Virus genome (UHGV): UHGV-1354231
Reading direction: 5' to 3' (one strand)
Origin: a virus
DNA: 39,909 nt
Shown here: positions 1-8,518 of the stretch, one piece after another
Layout: each line of letters begins with the position of its first letter
How positions within the stretch are numbered: position 1 is the stretch's first letter
The notes under the pieces: model-generated
Seen by the model: only the letters and a program-made list of their open reading frames with translations
Told to the model about the DNA's origin: nothing
Database searches by the model: none
Made by a program: the position numbers and the translations under genes

Positions 1-145
1 AGAGACGGGCTGGTGGTCTGAATGCGGATCTGAAAACGTTTAAACCGGTATTTCGTGTCACAGATGAATATTCCCGTGCCGCGCTGGACAGTTTTTTATC
101 CCGTCATGCCGGGATTCGTGCTTTTTTTGTGGCGTCCGCCAAAAC
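1..145 (+). repeat. Direct repeat: partial copy of the minor tail protein M gene, near-identical to 11845-11988 (one extra T in the T-run at 122-128)
   Basis: Base-by-base comparison of window start with 11845-11988; identity ends after gccaaaac (145/146 vs 11988/11989). Confidence 0.9.
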
Positions 146-542
146 CGCTAAAAAGGATGAAAAAGGTCTTCCTAAAATTCCGCAGCATTTAGGGGCTCAG
201 GGGAAGTACTGGTTCAGGCGAATGGCGGAAGAGCTGAATGCGGAAGGGATCATTTCTCAGCTTGATGCGCGTGCGCTCGAGTTGCTGGTGGAAGCCTACA
301 CCGAATATCGGCATCACTGCGAAACACTCGATGTTGAGGGGTATACCTACCGCACGGAAACGCAGAGCGGTGATGTACTGATTAAGGCGCACCCCGCGGC
401 GGCAATGAAAGCGGATGCCTGGAAGCGGATCCGGGCAATGCTTGCAGAGTTTGGTATGTCACCGGCAAGCCGGGCTAAAGTAAATATCGCCGGACCGGAT
501 GATGTTGATCCGCTGGCGGAGCTTTTAAAAGCGAGAGACTGA
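129..542 (+). CDS. Phage terminase small subunit (P27-like); reading frame is open upstream to window start and in frame with the gpM fragment
   Basis: Translation matches P27-type small terminase as recalled; GTG start at 129 lacks an obvious SD; stop overlaps TerL start. Confidence 0.75.
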   Translation: MASAKTAKKDEKGLPKIPQHLGAQGKYWFRRMAEELNAEGIISQLDARALELLVEAYTEYRHHCETLDVEGYTYRTETQSGDVLIKAHPAAAMKADAWKRIRAMLAEFGMSPASRAKVNIAGPDDVDPLAELLKARD

Positions 543-2299
543 TGGCAAAAGTGGCTGACGGGATCCGCTACGCCGAACGTGTTGTTGCAGGAGAAATTGT
601 TGCTGGCGAATTTGTCCGCCTGGCCTGCCAGCGTTTTCTTGATGATCTGAAGTACGGCGAAGAGCGGGGGATTTATTTCAGTGAACCCCGTGCGCAGCAC
701 ATCCTGAATTTCTACAAATTTGTGCCTCATGTAAAAGGGGCACTGGCAGGCCAGCCCATTGAGTTGATGGACTGGCATGTATTTATCCTCATTAATATTT
801 TTGGTTTTGTCATTCCGCTGGTCAATGAAGAAACCGGGGAAGTTGTCATGCGCAGCGATGGCAGCGGACGTCCGGTGATGGTGCGCCGGTTCCGGACGGC
901 GTACAACGAAGTCGCCCGTAAAAACGCAAAATCAACCCTGTCATCGGGTATCGGCCTGTATATGACGGGGGCAGATAGTGAAGGCGGAGCTGAGGTGTAT
1001 TCAGCCGCAACCACGCGTGACCAGGCCAGAATCGTGTTTGAAGACGCCAAAAATATGGTCAGAAAAGCCCGGTCGACACTCGGGCGGTTGTTTGATTTCA
1101 ACAAGCTGGCGATTTACCAGGAGCAGAGCGCATCAAAATTTGAACCGCTTTCCTCGGATGCAAACAACCTGGACGGTCTGAACATCCACTGCGCCATTAT
1201 TGATGAGCTGCATGCACATAAAACCCGCGACGTGTGGGACGTTCTGGAAACGGCAACCGGTGCCCGTCTGCAGTCCCTGTTATTTGGTATCACCACGGCT
1301 GGCTTTAACAAGGAAGGGATTTGTTACGAGCAGCGTGATTACGCCATCAAGGTATTGCGAGGCTATAACAGCGACGTGGAGGGCGCTGTAAAAGACGACT
1401 CTTACTTTGCGATCATTTACACGCTTGATGAGGGAGATGATCCGTTTGATGAAACGGTCTGGCAGAAAGCGAATCCTGGCCTGGGCATCTGTAAACGCTG
1501 GGATGATCTGCGTCGTCTGGCGAAAAAAGCGAAGGAGCAGGTCTCTGCGCGGGTGAATTTTTTTACCAAACACATGAATGTGTGGGTCACTGCCGAATCT
1601 GCCTGGATGGATATGATTAAGTGGGAGAAGTGCGAATACATTGCTCCACAACATGAGCTGAAAACATATCCCATGTGGGTCGGCGTCGACCTTGCTCATA
1701 AGATTGATATCTGTGCGGCGGCAAAACTCTGGCGAACCGATAACGGACATGTTCATGCTGATTTTAAATTCTGGCTTCCGGAAGGACGGCTGGAACGATG
1801 CTCGCGGCAGCAGGCAGAACTTTACCGGAAGTGGGCGGAGATGGATAAGCTCATCCTGACGGATGGTGATGTTATCGATCATGCTCAGATAAAAAGTGAC
1901 TTACTGGAATGGATTGGCGGTGAAAACCTCAGGGAACTGGGATTTGACCCGTGGAGCGCAATGCAGTTCAGTCTGGCACTGGCTGAAGAAGGGATACCGC
2001 TGGTGGAGGTTCCGCAGACGGTCCGCAATCTGTCAGAGGCCATGAAGGAAACGGAATCACTGGTTTATGCCGGGCGTTTCCATCACAGCAATCATCCGGT
2101 CATGAACTGGATGATGTCTAACGTTACTGTAAAACCGGACAAAAACGACAACATCTTCCCGAATAAATCCACGCCGGAAGCCAAAATCGACGGCCCTGTT
2201 GCGCTTTTTACAGCCATGAGCCGCTTTCTGGTAAATGGCGGGGGCGTGAATGACTTTCTGTCCACGCTTGATCCTGATGAGGACCTGTTAATTCTGTGA
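542..2299 (+). CDS. Phage terminase large subunit (HK97-like, Terminase_1 type)
   Basis: 585-aa ORF directly after TerS; ATPase and nuclease-type motifs; synteny with portal. Confidence 0.9.
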   Translation: MAKVADGIRYAERVVAGEIVAGEFVRLACQRFLDDLKYGEERGIYFSEPRAQHILNFYKFVPHVKGALAGQPIELMDWHVFILINIFGFVIPLVNEETGEVVMRSDGSGRPVMVRRFRTAYNEVARKNAKSTLSSGIGLYMTGADSEGGAEVYSAATTRDQARIVFEDAKNMVRKARSTLGRLFDFNKLAIYQEQSASKFEPLSSDANNLDGLNIHCAIIDELHAHKTRDVWDVLETATGARLQSLLFGITTAGFNKEGICYEQRDYAIKVLRGYNSDVEGAVKDDSYFAIIYTLDEGDDPFDETVWQKANPGLGICKRWDDLRRLAKKAKEQVSARVNFFTKHMNVWVTAESAWMDMIKWEKCEYIAPQHELKTYPMWVGVDLAHKIDICAAAKLWRTDNGHVHADFKFWLPEGRLERCSRQQAELYRKWAEMDKLILTDGDVIDHAQIKSDLLEWIGGENLRELGFDPWSAMQFSLALAEEGIPLVEVPQTVRNLSEAMKETESLVYAGRFHHSNHPVMNWMMSNVTVKPDKNDNIFPNKSTPEAKIDGPVALFTAMSRFLVNGGGVNDFLSTLDPDEDLLIL

Positions 2300-2446
2300 A
2301 ACAGCTTATTACTGATATGACCGGGCTGATCGGTTTCGGTTTGCTCACTGCTGGCGTTTATCTGTATGCAGGTCTGCCAGCGTCTCTGATGCTGTCGGGC
2401 TGTTTGTTGCTGCTTTATGCACTGGTGGTGTCCATGAGGAGAAAAC

Positions 2447-3673
2447 ATGCTTCTTGATGCTCTGTTTCGCAGTGAGCCTCTGGAAAATCCCTCGGTTCCG
2501 GTAACCGGAGAGGCCGCTGAGACGGATAATATTTTTGCCCGGGATGTGTATGTCAGTCCGGAAACATCCATGAAGCTGGCTGCTGTCTATGCCTGTATTT
2601 ATGTTATTTCATCCAGTGTGGCTCAGATGCCCCTGCATGTGATGCGAAAAACGAATGAGCATGTTCAGCCGGCACGCGATCATCCGTTGTTCTGGCTCGT
2701 TCATGATGAACCTAATGCCTGGCAGACCAGCTATAAGTGGCGGGAACTGAAGCAGCGTCATGTGCTGGGGTGGGGCAATGGTTATACGTGGGTAAAACGT
2801 AATCGTCGTGGAGAGGTTACCAGCCTTGAATGCTGTATGCCATGGGAAACCACGTTACTTAACACCGGTGGGCGTCATACTTACGGGGTGTATAACGAAG
2901 AGGGTGCATTTGCGGTAAGTCCGGACGACATGATCCATATCAGGGCGCTGGGAAACAATCAGAAAATGGGACTGAGCCCGATCATGCAGCATGCTGAAAC
3001 CATTGGTATGGGAATGAGTGGCCAGCAGTATACCAGCGCCTTTTTTAACGGTAATGCCCGTCCTGCCGGTATTATTTCTGTGAAAAATGAACTGAACGAA
3101 CAAAGCTGGGGCAGGCTTAAAAATATGTGGCAGCGGGCGGTGACAGCGCTTCGCAGCCAGGAAAATAAAACCATGTTGCTGCCTGCGCAACTGGATTACC
3201 GCGCTCTGACAGTTTCTCCGGTGGATGCTCAGATCATTGATATGACCAAGCTGAACCGGTCGATGATTGCCGGGATTTTTAATGTCCCGGCGCACATGAT
3301 TAATGACCTGGAAAAAGCCACATTTTCGAATATTACGCAGCAGGCGATTCAGTTTGTTCGCTACACGATGATGCCCTGGGTTGCGAACTGGGAGCAGGAG
3401 CTTAACCGTCGCCTGTTTACCCGTACAGAACGGGCTGCCGGGTATTACGTTCGTTTCAACCTCACGGGGTTGCTCCGTGGGACCCCACAGGAGCGTGCGC
3501 AGTTCTATCACTTTGCCATTACAGATGGCTGGATGAGTCGGAATGAAGCCAGGGCATTTGAGGATATGAACCCGGTTGACGGTCTGGATGAAATGCTGGT
3601 CAGCGTAAATGCAGCAAATCCGTTGAATAACTTTAAAGATACGAAAGGCAAAGAGGAAAAGAACGATGAATGA
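2447..3673 (+). CDS. Phage portal protein (HK97 family)
   Basis: 408-aa ORF after TerL; GAGGAG SD at 2437-2442; portal-like sequence and synteny. Confidence 0.85.
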   Translation: MLLDALFRSEPLENPSVPVTGEAAETDNIFARDVYVSPETSMKLAAVYACIYVISSSVAQMPLHVMRKTNEHVQPARDHPLFWLVHDEPNAWQTSYKWRELKQRHVLGWGNGYTWVKRNRRGEVTSLECCMPWETTLLNTGGRHTYGVYNEEGAFAVSPDDMIHIRALGNNQKMGLSPIMQHAETIGMGMSGQQYTSAFFNGNARPAGIISVKNELNEQSWGRLKNMWQRAVTALRSQENKTMLLPAQLDYRALTVSPVDAQIIDMTKLNRSMIAGIFNVPAHMINDLEKATFSNITQQAIQFVRYTMMPWVANWEQELNRRLFTRTERAAGYYVRFNLTGLLRGTPQERAQFYHFAITDGWMSRNEARAFEDMNPVDGLDEMLVSVNAANPLNNFKDTKGKEEKNDE

Positions 3674-4265
3674 CCGTGAAACGCGCTGTTACAGCGGGGA
3701 GGTGCGGGCGGAACAATATGATAATGCCCCGACCCACATTCTGGGGTATGGCTCGGTATTTAACAGTCGTTCAGAACCTCTGTGGGGATTTCGTGAAATC
3801 ATCAAGCCGGGGGCTTTTGATGATGTACTGAATGATGATGTACGTGGCTTGTTTAATCATGATCCTAATTTCATTCTCGGACGAAGTTCTGCCGGCACGT
3901 TGTCATTGTCGGTGGATGAACGCGGTTTACGTTATGACATTGTTGCACCGGATACTCCGACTATTTGTGACCTGGTGCTGTCTCCAATGTTGCGTGGTGA
4001 CATTAATCAGTCCTCGTTCGCGTTTCGTGTCGCCCGTGACGGAGAGAGCTGGTATGAAGACGACGAGGGGATTGTTATCCGGGAAATCACGCGCATTTCT
4101 CGTCTGTATGACGTCAGCCCGGTGACATATCCGGCCTATCAGGACGCAGACTCTGGTGTCCGCTCAATGAAAGCCTGGCAGGAAGCGCGGGCGAGTGGTG
4201 CGCTGAAGAAAGCTGTTAACGAACGAATGGCGCGTGAGCGTCTTTTGACCCTTCTTAATGCATAA
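3666..4265 (+). CDS. Prohead maturation protease (HK97 family)
   Basis: 199-aa ORF overlapping portal end; position between portal and major capsid. Confidence 0.8.
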   Translation: MNDRETRCYSGEVRAEQYDNAPTHILGYGSVFNSRSEPLWGFREIIKPGAFDDVLNDDVRGLFNHDPNFILGRSSAGTLSLSVDERGLRYDIVAPDTPTICDLVLSPMLRGDINQSSFAFRVARDGESWYEDDEGIVIREITRISRLYDVSPVTYPAYQDADSGVRSMKAWQEARASGALKKAVNERMARERLLTLLNA

Positions 4266-4279
4266 GGATACTACTGACG

Positions 4280-5497
4280 ATGAAACTTCATGAGATGAAG
4301 CAAAAACGAAACACCATTGCAAAGGATATGCGTGCACTGCATGAAAAAATTGGTGATAACGCATGGACTGATGAGCAACGGGCAGAGTGGAACAGGGCGA
4401 AAGCTGAGCTGGATGCGCTGGATGAGCAAATCGCCCGTGAAGAAGAGTTGCGCCGTCAGGATCAGGCATATGTGGATGAGTCCGGGCCGGAAGAGCGCCA
4501 GAATAATGAGGCGGAGAACGGGAAAAAGGCGGTGGAAGAGAAGCGCGCTGCGGCATTTAACCGTTTTCTGCGTGCCGGATTTGCAGAACTGAATGCTGAA
4601 GAGCGTAATCTGATGCGTGAACTGCGGGCTCAGAGTGTAACAACGGATTCTCAGGGCGGATATACGGTGCCCACGCAGATGCGTAACAAAATCATTGACA
4701 CCATGAAGGCTTATGGCGGGATTGCCAGTGTGGCGCAACTTCTGACCACATCAACCGGGCAGGATATCACCTGGTCAACGTCTGATGGCACGACTGAAGA
4801 GGGCGAACTGCTGGCGGAAAATACAGCCGCAACGGAACAGGATGTGACGTTCGGGACCGCTATTCTGGGGGCTAAAAAGCTGTCATCAAAAATAATTCGT
4901 GTGTCCAATGAGCTGCTCCAGGACAGTGGGGTGGATATTGAATCTTATCTGGCAAACCGTATTGCCCAGCGTATTGGTCGTGGAGAGGCAAAATATCTGG
5001 TTCAGGGGACCGGAACGGGATCACCGTTACAGCCAAAAGGGCTGGCAGCGTCGGTGACGGGAACCATCCAGACTGCAGCCTCTGCCGCTTTCACCTGGAA
5101 AGAAATGAATGCCCTGAAACATGCCATTGATCCGGCATATCGTGGTGGGCCGAAATACCGCTGGGCATTCAATGATGCCACATTGCAGACTATTGAAGAG
5201 ATGGAGGATGGGCAGAAACGCCCGTTATGGCTGCCGGATATTGCAGGCGGTACGCCGGCTACTGTGCTGGGGATCCCTTATGTTATTGATCAGGCTATTG
5301 ACGGGATTGGTACCGGAAAAAAATTCATTTTCCTGGGGGATTTCAACCGCTTTATCATTCGCCGCGTTACTTATATGGAACTGAAACGTCTGGTTGAGCG
5401 TTATGCTGAGTTTGATCAGGTGGCATTTCTGGCTTTCCATCGTTTTGACTGTGTGCTGGAAGATGTGGCAGCCATCAAGGCGCTCACTGGCAAATAA
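4280..5497 (+). CDS. Major capsid protein (HK97 fold)
   Basis: 405-aa ORF following protease; strong terminator immediately downstream. Confidence 0.85.
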   Translation: MKLHEMKQKRNTIAKDMRALHEKIGDNAWTDEQRAEWNRAKAELDALDEQIAREEELRRQDQAYVDESGPEERQNNEAENGKKAVEEKRAAAFNRFLRAGFAELNAEERNLMRELRAQSVTTDSQGGYTVPTQMRNKIIDTMKAYGGIASVAQLLTTSTGQDITWSTSDGTTEEGELLAENTAATEQDVTFGTAILGAKKLSSKIIRVSNELLQDSGVDIESYLANRIAQRIGRGEAKYLVQGTGTGSPLQPKGLAASVTGTIQTAASAAFTWKEMNALKHAIDPAYRGGPKYRWAFNDATLQTIEEMEDGQKRPLWLPDIAGGTPATVLGIPYVIDQAIDGIGTGKKFIFLGDFNRFIIRRVTYMELKRLVERYAEFDQVAFLAFHRFDCVLEDVAAIKALTGK

Positions 5498-5518
5498 CCA
5501 CTCGTTGTTCAGTTACAG

Positions 5519-5541
5519 ACCGCGCCGACGCGGTTTTTTTA
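5519..5541 (+). terminator. Rho-independent terminator after the major capsid gene
   Basis: ACCGCG-ccga-CGCGGT stem-loop followed by a 7-T run; a second GC hairpin (5543-5562) abuts the next SD. Confidence 0.6.
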
Positions 5542-5573
5542 TGCCCGCACAGTGTTGCGGGCAGGAGTTTCTG

Positions 5574-5891
5574 ATGGCAGCAATAGTGGAAAAACTCAGG
5601 GCGCAGTGCCGTATTGATACAGATGATGCAACTGATGATGAGTTACTGATGCTGTATTTCCGGGCTGCCTGCCGCAAGGCAGAAAATTTTATCAACCGTA
5701 AGCTTTATGAGGAGACGGTGCCGGAAGGTGATCCTGAAGGGGTGCTTATAGCTGATGATGTTTTGCTGGCGCTCATGTTGCTGGTCGGGCACTGGTACGA
5801 AAACCGGGAAAATTCCTCAGATGTCAGCAAGGCACCAGTCCCGTTTGGTTTTTCTTCTCTGCTGGAGCCTTATCGTTTTATTCCTTTGTAG
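5574..5891 (+). CDS. Head-tail connector protein (gp6-like); start trimmed from ORF 5394 to the ATG at 5574
   Basis: In-frame ATG at 5574 with GCAGGAG SD after the terminator; small acidic protein in the expected position. Confidence 0.65.
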   Translation: MAAIVEKLRAQCRIDTDDATDDELLMLYFRAACRKAENFINRKLYEETVPEGDPEGVLIADDVLLALMLLVGHWYENRENSSDVSKAPVPFGFSSLLEPYRFIPL

Positions 5892-5899
5892 GAGGAGAC

Positions 5900-6238
5900 A
5901 TGCAGGCGGGCAGATTACGTGATCGCGTAATTATTCTGAATGTCACCACCGCCCGCTCTCCGTCAGGGCATCCGGTGGAGACGGTGACGGAGGGAGCTAC
6001 CGTATGGGCAGAAGTTAAGGGTATCAGCGGGAGGGAGATAATCTCAGGCGGAGCAGAAACCGCTCAGGCTACGGTCAGAGTCTGGATGAGATTCCGGCGC
6101 GATGTGACAGCGACTTCACGTCTGAAAGTGCTGACCGGTGCATTTAAAGGGGCCATTCTGGGTATAGAAGGTCCACCAATACCGGATGCACGCGCTACCC
6201 GGCTTGAAATACTCTGCAGCCTGAAGGGGAATGTGTGA
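5900..6238 (+). CDS. Head closure / head-tail adaptor protein
   Basis: 112-aa ORF; synteny in HK97-like head modules. Confidence 0.6.
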   Translation: MQAGRLRDRVIILNVTTARSPSGHPVETVTEGATVWAEVKGISGREIISGGAETAQATVRVWMRFRRDVTATSRLKVLTGAFKGAILGIEGPPIPDARATRLEILCSLKGNV

Positions 6239-6684
6239 TGGATTTCAGTCTTGATTTTTCCGGCCTGGCGGATATTGCACGGGATCTGGAGACGCTCAGC
6301 AGGGCAGAAAACAATAAGGTTCTGCGCGATGCCACCCGTGCCGGTGCTGAAGTTATGCGGGATGCAGTTGTTGAACGTGCGCCGGAGCGAACCGGGAAAC
6401 TGAAGAAAAATGTGGTTGTTCTCACTCAGCGTTCAAAGCGTCGGGGGGAAATTATCTCGGGTGTCCACATTCGCGGACGGAACCTGCGAACCGGAAACAG
6501 TGATAACAGCATGAAAGCCAGCGATCCCCGAAATGCATTTTACTGGCGCTTTGTGGAGCTGGGAACGATAAACATGCCCGCGCATCCATTCATTCGCCCG
6601 GCTTTCGATACGACAGAGGAACTGGCAGCACGGATTGCCATACAGCGAATGAATCAGGCTATTGATGAGGTCTTAAGTAAATGA
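6235..6684 (+). CDS. HK97 gp10-family tail component
   Basis: 149-aa ORF overlapping its neighbours by 4 nt; synteny. Confidence 0.6.
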   Translation: MMDFSLDFSGLADIARDLETLSRAENNKVLRDATRAGAEVMRDAVVERAPERTGKLKKNVVVLTQRSKRRGEIISGVHIRGRNLRTGNSDNSMKASDPRNAFYWRFVELGTINMPAHPFIRPAFDTTEELAARIAIQRMNQAIDEVLSK

Positions 6685-7025
6685 GAGAGGCCACACTGTA
6701 TTCCCTGTTGTCTCAGCTGGCCGGAGGACAGGTTTATCCTTATGTGGTCCCACTGACGGAGGGAAAGCCTGCGGTATCTCCGCCGTGGCTGGTGTTTTCT
6801 GTGGTGTCTGACACGGCATCTGATGTGCTTGATGGGCAGGCTGAATCCAGAATTACCGTGCAGATCGATGTCTGGGCGACAGTACCTGATGACGCAGATA
6901 ATATTCGTGAGCAGGCGCTTGATGCGGTAAGAAAACTGGCACCCTCCGTTATTTCTAAAACGCAGGGTTATGATCCTGACTCCCGTCTGAGCAGAGCCAC
7001 GCTTGAATTTCAGGTAATAGCCTGA
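6681..7025 (+). CDS. Tail completion / neck protein (DUF3168-like)
   Basis: 114-aa ORF immediately upstream of the major tail gene; translationally coupled. Confidence 0.5.
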   Translation: MREATLYSLLSQLAGGQVYPYVVPLTEGKPAVSPPWLVFSVVSDTASDVLDGQAESRITVQIDVWATVPDDADNIREQALDAVRKLAPSVISKTQGYDPDSRLSRATLEFQVIA

Positions 7026-7045
7026 GGTCATTAATGATTTTACCC

Positions 7046-7070
7046 ACCCGCCGCTGGCGGGTTTTTTTAT
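7046..7070 (+). terminator. Rho-independent terminator upstream of the major tail gene
   Basis: ACCCGCC-gct-GGCGGGT hairpin followed by a 7-T run. Confidence 0.6.
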
Positions 7071-7085
7071 TTTCAGGAGACGAGT

Positions 7086-7790
7086 ATGTCCTCTAATTTT
7101 GAGCGTTCGCAACTGACGAAAATTATGATTTCGTCTGCACCGGTAACAGCAGAAACCCTGGATTCTGCCAGCTATCTTGGCCTGAGCTGTACAATCAAAG
7201 AGGTGCAGTTTACCGCAGGACAAAAGCAGGATATTGATGTCACCACGCTGTGTTCTGTTGAGCAGGAAAATATTAACGGTCTTGGTGCCGCGTCAGAGAT
7301 TTCCATGTCAGGCAACTTTTATCTGAATGCTGCCCAGAACGCGTTGCGCAGTGCCTATGACAATGACACCACGTATGGCTTTAAAGTTATTTTTCCGTCA
7401 GGCAACGGATTTACCTTTATGGCAGAGGTGCGTCAGCATACCTGGTCTGCAGGAACCAATGGTGTTGTGGCTGCAACGTTTTCCTTGCGCCTGAAAGGTA
7501 AACCTGTGCTGACGACAGAGCCGCTGAAAGTGAAGGCCGATTTAAAAAGCACGCTGCGGGTTGCTTCCGGAGCGAAACTTGAAATGGCGGTTGAGGCTGC
7601 GGGTGGTGTGCCGCCTTATTCTTATGTCTGGAAGAAAGGTGGTTCTCCTGTTTCCGGACAGACGGCGGCAACGTTCAGTAAGGCATCGGCAGTATCCGGT
7701 GATGCGGGTGCATATACCTGCGAGATTTCTGATTCAGCAAGCCCGGTTAACAAAGTGACCTCCACTTCCTGCACTGTAACCGTCAGTTAA
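7086..7790 (+). CDS. Major tail protein with C-terminal Ig-like domain
   Basis: 234-aa ORF with GGAGA SD; Ig-like C-terminal third as in lambda gpV-type proteins. Confidence 0.8.
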   Translation: MSSNFERSQLTKIMISSAPVTAETLDSASYLGLSCTIKEVQFTAGQKQDIDVTTLCSVEQENINGLGAASEISMSGNFYLNAAQNALRSAYDNDTTYGFKVIFPSGNGFTFMAEVRQHTWSAGTNGVVAATFSLRLKGKPVLTTEPLKVKADLKSTLRVASGAKLEMAVEAAGGVPPYSYVWKKGGSPVSGQTAATFSKASAVSGDAGAYTCEISDSASPVNKVTSTSCTVTVS

Positions 7791-8176
7791 TGAGGATGGA
7801 TGTGATGACTAAAAATATCCGTAATCTGGCACTGGCAACGATGTCGGGGTTTCGCCATAAAACCGTTGATGTGCCTGAATGGGAGGGAGCAACGGTTGTG
7901 TTACGGGAACCTTCTGCAGAAGCCTGGTTGCGCTGGCAGGAGATCGTTAAAGCAAAAGATGATGAGACACCGTTATCCGTTGCGGAGCGCGCCCGCCGAA
8001 ATCTGGAGGCAGATGTTGAACTGTTCATTGATGTTCTGTGTGATACCGGACTGCAACCCGTATTTTCAGAGGATGATCGTGAACAGGTGATTGCCGTGTA
8101 TGGCCCGGTGCATGCGCGGCTTCTTCGGCAGTCTCTGGAACTGATCAGTGATGCCGGCGAGGTTAAAAAAAAGTAG
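7790..8176 (+). CDS. Tail assembly chaperone (lambda gpG analogue)
   Basis: 128-aa ORF between major tail and tape measure genes; ends in the slippery tract. Confidence 0.8.
   Translation: MRMDVMTKNIRNLALATMSGFRHKTVDVPEWEGATVVLREPSAEAWLRWQEIVKAKDDETPLSVAERARRNLEADVELFIDVLCDTGLQPVFSEDDREQVIAVYGPVHARLLRQSLELISDAGEVKKK
8167..8173 (+). other. Programmed -1 ribosomal frameshift slippery heptamer A_AAA_AAG (G to G-T fusion)
   Basis: AAAAAAG sits at the last codons of the G-like ORF; the -1 frame is open through 8478. Confidence 0.7.
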
Positions 8177-8187
8177 CGCTTCCGGGG

Positions 8188-8478
8188 ATGCGTTTTCTGA
8201 TGATGCTGGCGCTCAGGATGGGGCGCACATTGTCAGAGTTACGCCGGGAAATGTCCGCATCAGAAATCATGATGTGGGCAGAATTTGACAGGTTCAGCCC
8301 GCTGGGGGACGAACGGGCTGATATCCGGGCTGCCCAGATTGTTTCAGCTGTTTACGGTGCGCAGGGGGTCAAAGTGCCACTGAATGATGCGCTTCTTCAG
8401 TGGGAGAAGGAGCAGACAGAAGGCGTATCAGATCCATTTGCCGGACTGGAAAACGCGCTTTTAATAGTGTCTCAGTGA
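8188..8478 (+). CDS. Tail assembly protein T-like frame, probably made only as a G-T frameshift fusion
   Basis: 96-aa ORF in the -1 frame relative to G; no independent SD; conserved G/T arrangement. Confidence 0.7.
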   Translation: MRFLMMLALRMGRTLSELRREMSASEIMMWAEFDRFSPLGDERADIRAAQIVSAVYGAQGVKVPLNDALLQWEKEQTEGVSDPFAGLENALLIVSQ

Positions 8479-8487
8479 GTCAACATA

Positions 8488-8508
8488 ACCGCTTCGGCGG
8501 TTTTTTTT
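8488..8508 (+). terminator. Hairpin + T-run after the G/T genes
   Basis: ACCGC-ttcg-GCGGT followed by an 8-T run. Confidence 0.55.
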
Positions 8509-8518
8509 CGTCCGGAGA

